NCBI RefSeq assembly: GCF_964355755.1
Contig: NC_092673.1
Span: 29,881,648 to 29,945,647 of the forward strand
Source: Antedon mediterranea
Lineage: Eukaryota > Animalia > Echinodermata
DNA: 64,000 nt
Direction of reading: 5' to 3'
The number at the start of each line of letters is the position of its first letter. Positions within the stretch are counted from its first letter, which is position 1. The notes beneath the pieces were generated by a model. That model saw only the letters and a list, made by a program, of their open reading frames with translations, searched no databases and had not been told where the DNA came from. Below, piece by piece: positions 62,801 to 64,000 of this stretch. Both the position numbers and the translations under genes were made by a program.

Positions 62801-63415
62801 AAAAAATTTTTGTCTTGTTTTAATACTGTTTTCTTAAGTTCTTAAATTACTTGTCCCATAGAGGTTCACTATATATCTCTTTGATTGTCCATAGATACAT
62901 CAAGATGGACAAAACTTAATATAGAAGGAGCACCCCCATCTTGTCGTTTGGATCATTCCATGTGCATTATAGAATGGAAGTACAAACAAAAGAAAGAAAA
63001 AGCAAATTCAGAACATTCCATTATGAATCAGGTGAATTCAGATTGTGCTACTAACACTCCTCAAATTCAAAAATTGACACTCAGTGACGATCGCATAAAA
63101 GTTGAGGATGGAACTGTTGATCAAGTATCTTGTGCCAATAGTGTGACGGAAAGTGACACAGAAGATGTCTTACCACAAGAAAATGCCTCAACTGGTGCTT
63201 CTGCAGATGTTGCCTCTTTCTCGCCACCTGGAGCTGCGGCGGCCAATGAAATTGATGTAACTGAGCAAACTATAGAGGGATGTGAAATAGTTTCTAATAC
63301 AAAAGCTAGTTCGTTAGATGGCAGTTGTATGATGCTGCTTATGTGTGGTGGTATGGACACCCAAGGAGAGATCTTTGATGATACGTTAGTTTTAAGACTT
63401 AACCTACCAACTTGA
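56807..63415 (+). CDS. RABEPK: Rab9 effector protein with kelch motifs
   Basis: Exons 56807-57014, 58169-58312, 59041-59199, 61269-61418, 62582-62731, 62895-63415 (all phase-1 introns). N-terminus MELHPILE..WYVLSPRGEPPSMRVGHTC..IVGGANPNGSFS; kelch blades ARYEH, PRTCH, ARHGH, GRAAH, CRLDHSMC; C-terminal GGMDTQGEIFDD. Confidence 0.92.
57046..57807. mobile_element. MITE with TTTCGGCCGCC subterminal repeats and 8-bp TSD, nested in a Harbinger-like MITE
   Basis: GTCTACAC is duplicated at 57038-57045 and 57808-57815; imperfect inverted termini of about 85 bp. Confidence 0.85.
58498..58705 (+). mobile_element. tRNA-derived SINE, family 1
   Basis: A box TGGCTGAGCGG, B box GGTTCGA, core ...GTGTACAC...TTAAAGAACCCAG shared with the copy at about 1100-1350. 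Confidence 0.65.
59461..60541. repeat. 21-bp minisatellite (about 1.1 kb) in a RABEPK intron
   Basis: Unit GGATACCTTGGTATTTTCAAA with interspersed 15-bp variants. Confidence 0.95.
61687..62396 (+). mobile_element. Helentron-associated non-autonomous element (HINE/DINE-1-like)
   Basis: T-run plus AGTCGCG subterminal IR, GTCG/GTCT microsatellite, 3' CGCGACT inverted partner, GCCAT-ctat-ATGGC hairpin, then a T-run. Confidence 0.7.
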
Positions 63416-64000
63416 GAGGGCAGTGGAAATCATCATCATAATTGACTAAATAGTGCCCTCATGATCCAACTTCAGTAATAGCGAATAAGGAGCATGAATT
63501 CTCATGTGAAAGAAATATGTCACAATTTTAACCTCTTTTCTTGTAATTTTGAAAGAAAAAACATTTTAAAAATAACCAATGACCCCCATTCCTTTAGAAT
63601 CGGCTTGTTTTAAGCATGGGAGGTCAAGGTTCACTCAGCCATGTAGTCCATGTTTCTGAATGTTTTAGTCATATAGCTGATAAAAATATGCCATGTAGTA
63701 GCAATATATACTTCTGTATATCAATTGGTTACAAGTAGGTTAAAAGTTAAATACTATATTAGTCCTGTACTAAATTAATGGTAATTTAAATTAATTAGTA
63801 CAGTTTTGTTTTGAAATTAGTGAAAGTGAGATAGGCTTTATATTGCACCCTGGTTTTGTTTGCAAATTTAAATTAATATGATTTGGAATGTTTTTCTTAA
63901 TCACCAATTTTGTAAAGGTCTATCATACCATGTTTTTCACGCTGCTGCTCTAGCCCGCTACGTCCCATTAGGACTACTCAATCAGAAGCTAAAGCAAGCA

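Overview
AT-rich, intron-rich animal (invertebrate-like) nuclear DNA, not prokaryotic. I assembled ten protein-coding genes by hand, checking GT-AG splice sites and reading-frame phase: hexokinase (-, runs off the left edge), SFXN2 (-), two tandem ARL3-like genes (+), IDH3B (-), an intron-containing AhpD/CMD-family peroxidase-related enzyme (+), an SPMIP5/C10orf82-like PGY-repeat axonemal protein (-), a Nanchung/OCR-type TRPV channel (+), an unassigned intronless 343-aa ORF (-) and RABEPK (+). Eight of them form four head-to-head pairs. Introns and spacers hold many MITEs (Harbinger-, Kolobok-, pogo- and 8-bp-TSD types), tRNA-derived SINEs, LINE relics, a Helentron-like HINE and minisatellites. 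Most notable observations: (1) a family of 18-51 bp CATRGAG...CTCYATG palindromes flanked by 7-bp direct repeats that resemble P-element excision footprints; (2) a 2.7-kb TIR element whose 8-bp TSD duplicates the SFXN2 splice donor; (3) a Penelope-type minimal hammerhead ribozyme in a TRPV intron; (4) a 90-nt exact-identity tract between otherwise diverged ARL3 paralogues; (5) several local duplications of splice sites. Gene and family names come from recalled sequence similarity; no database searches were run.
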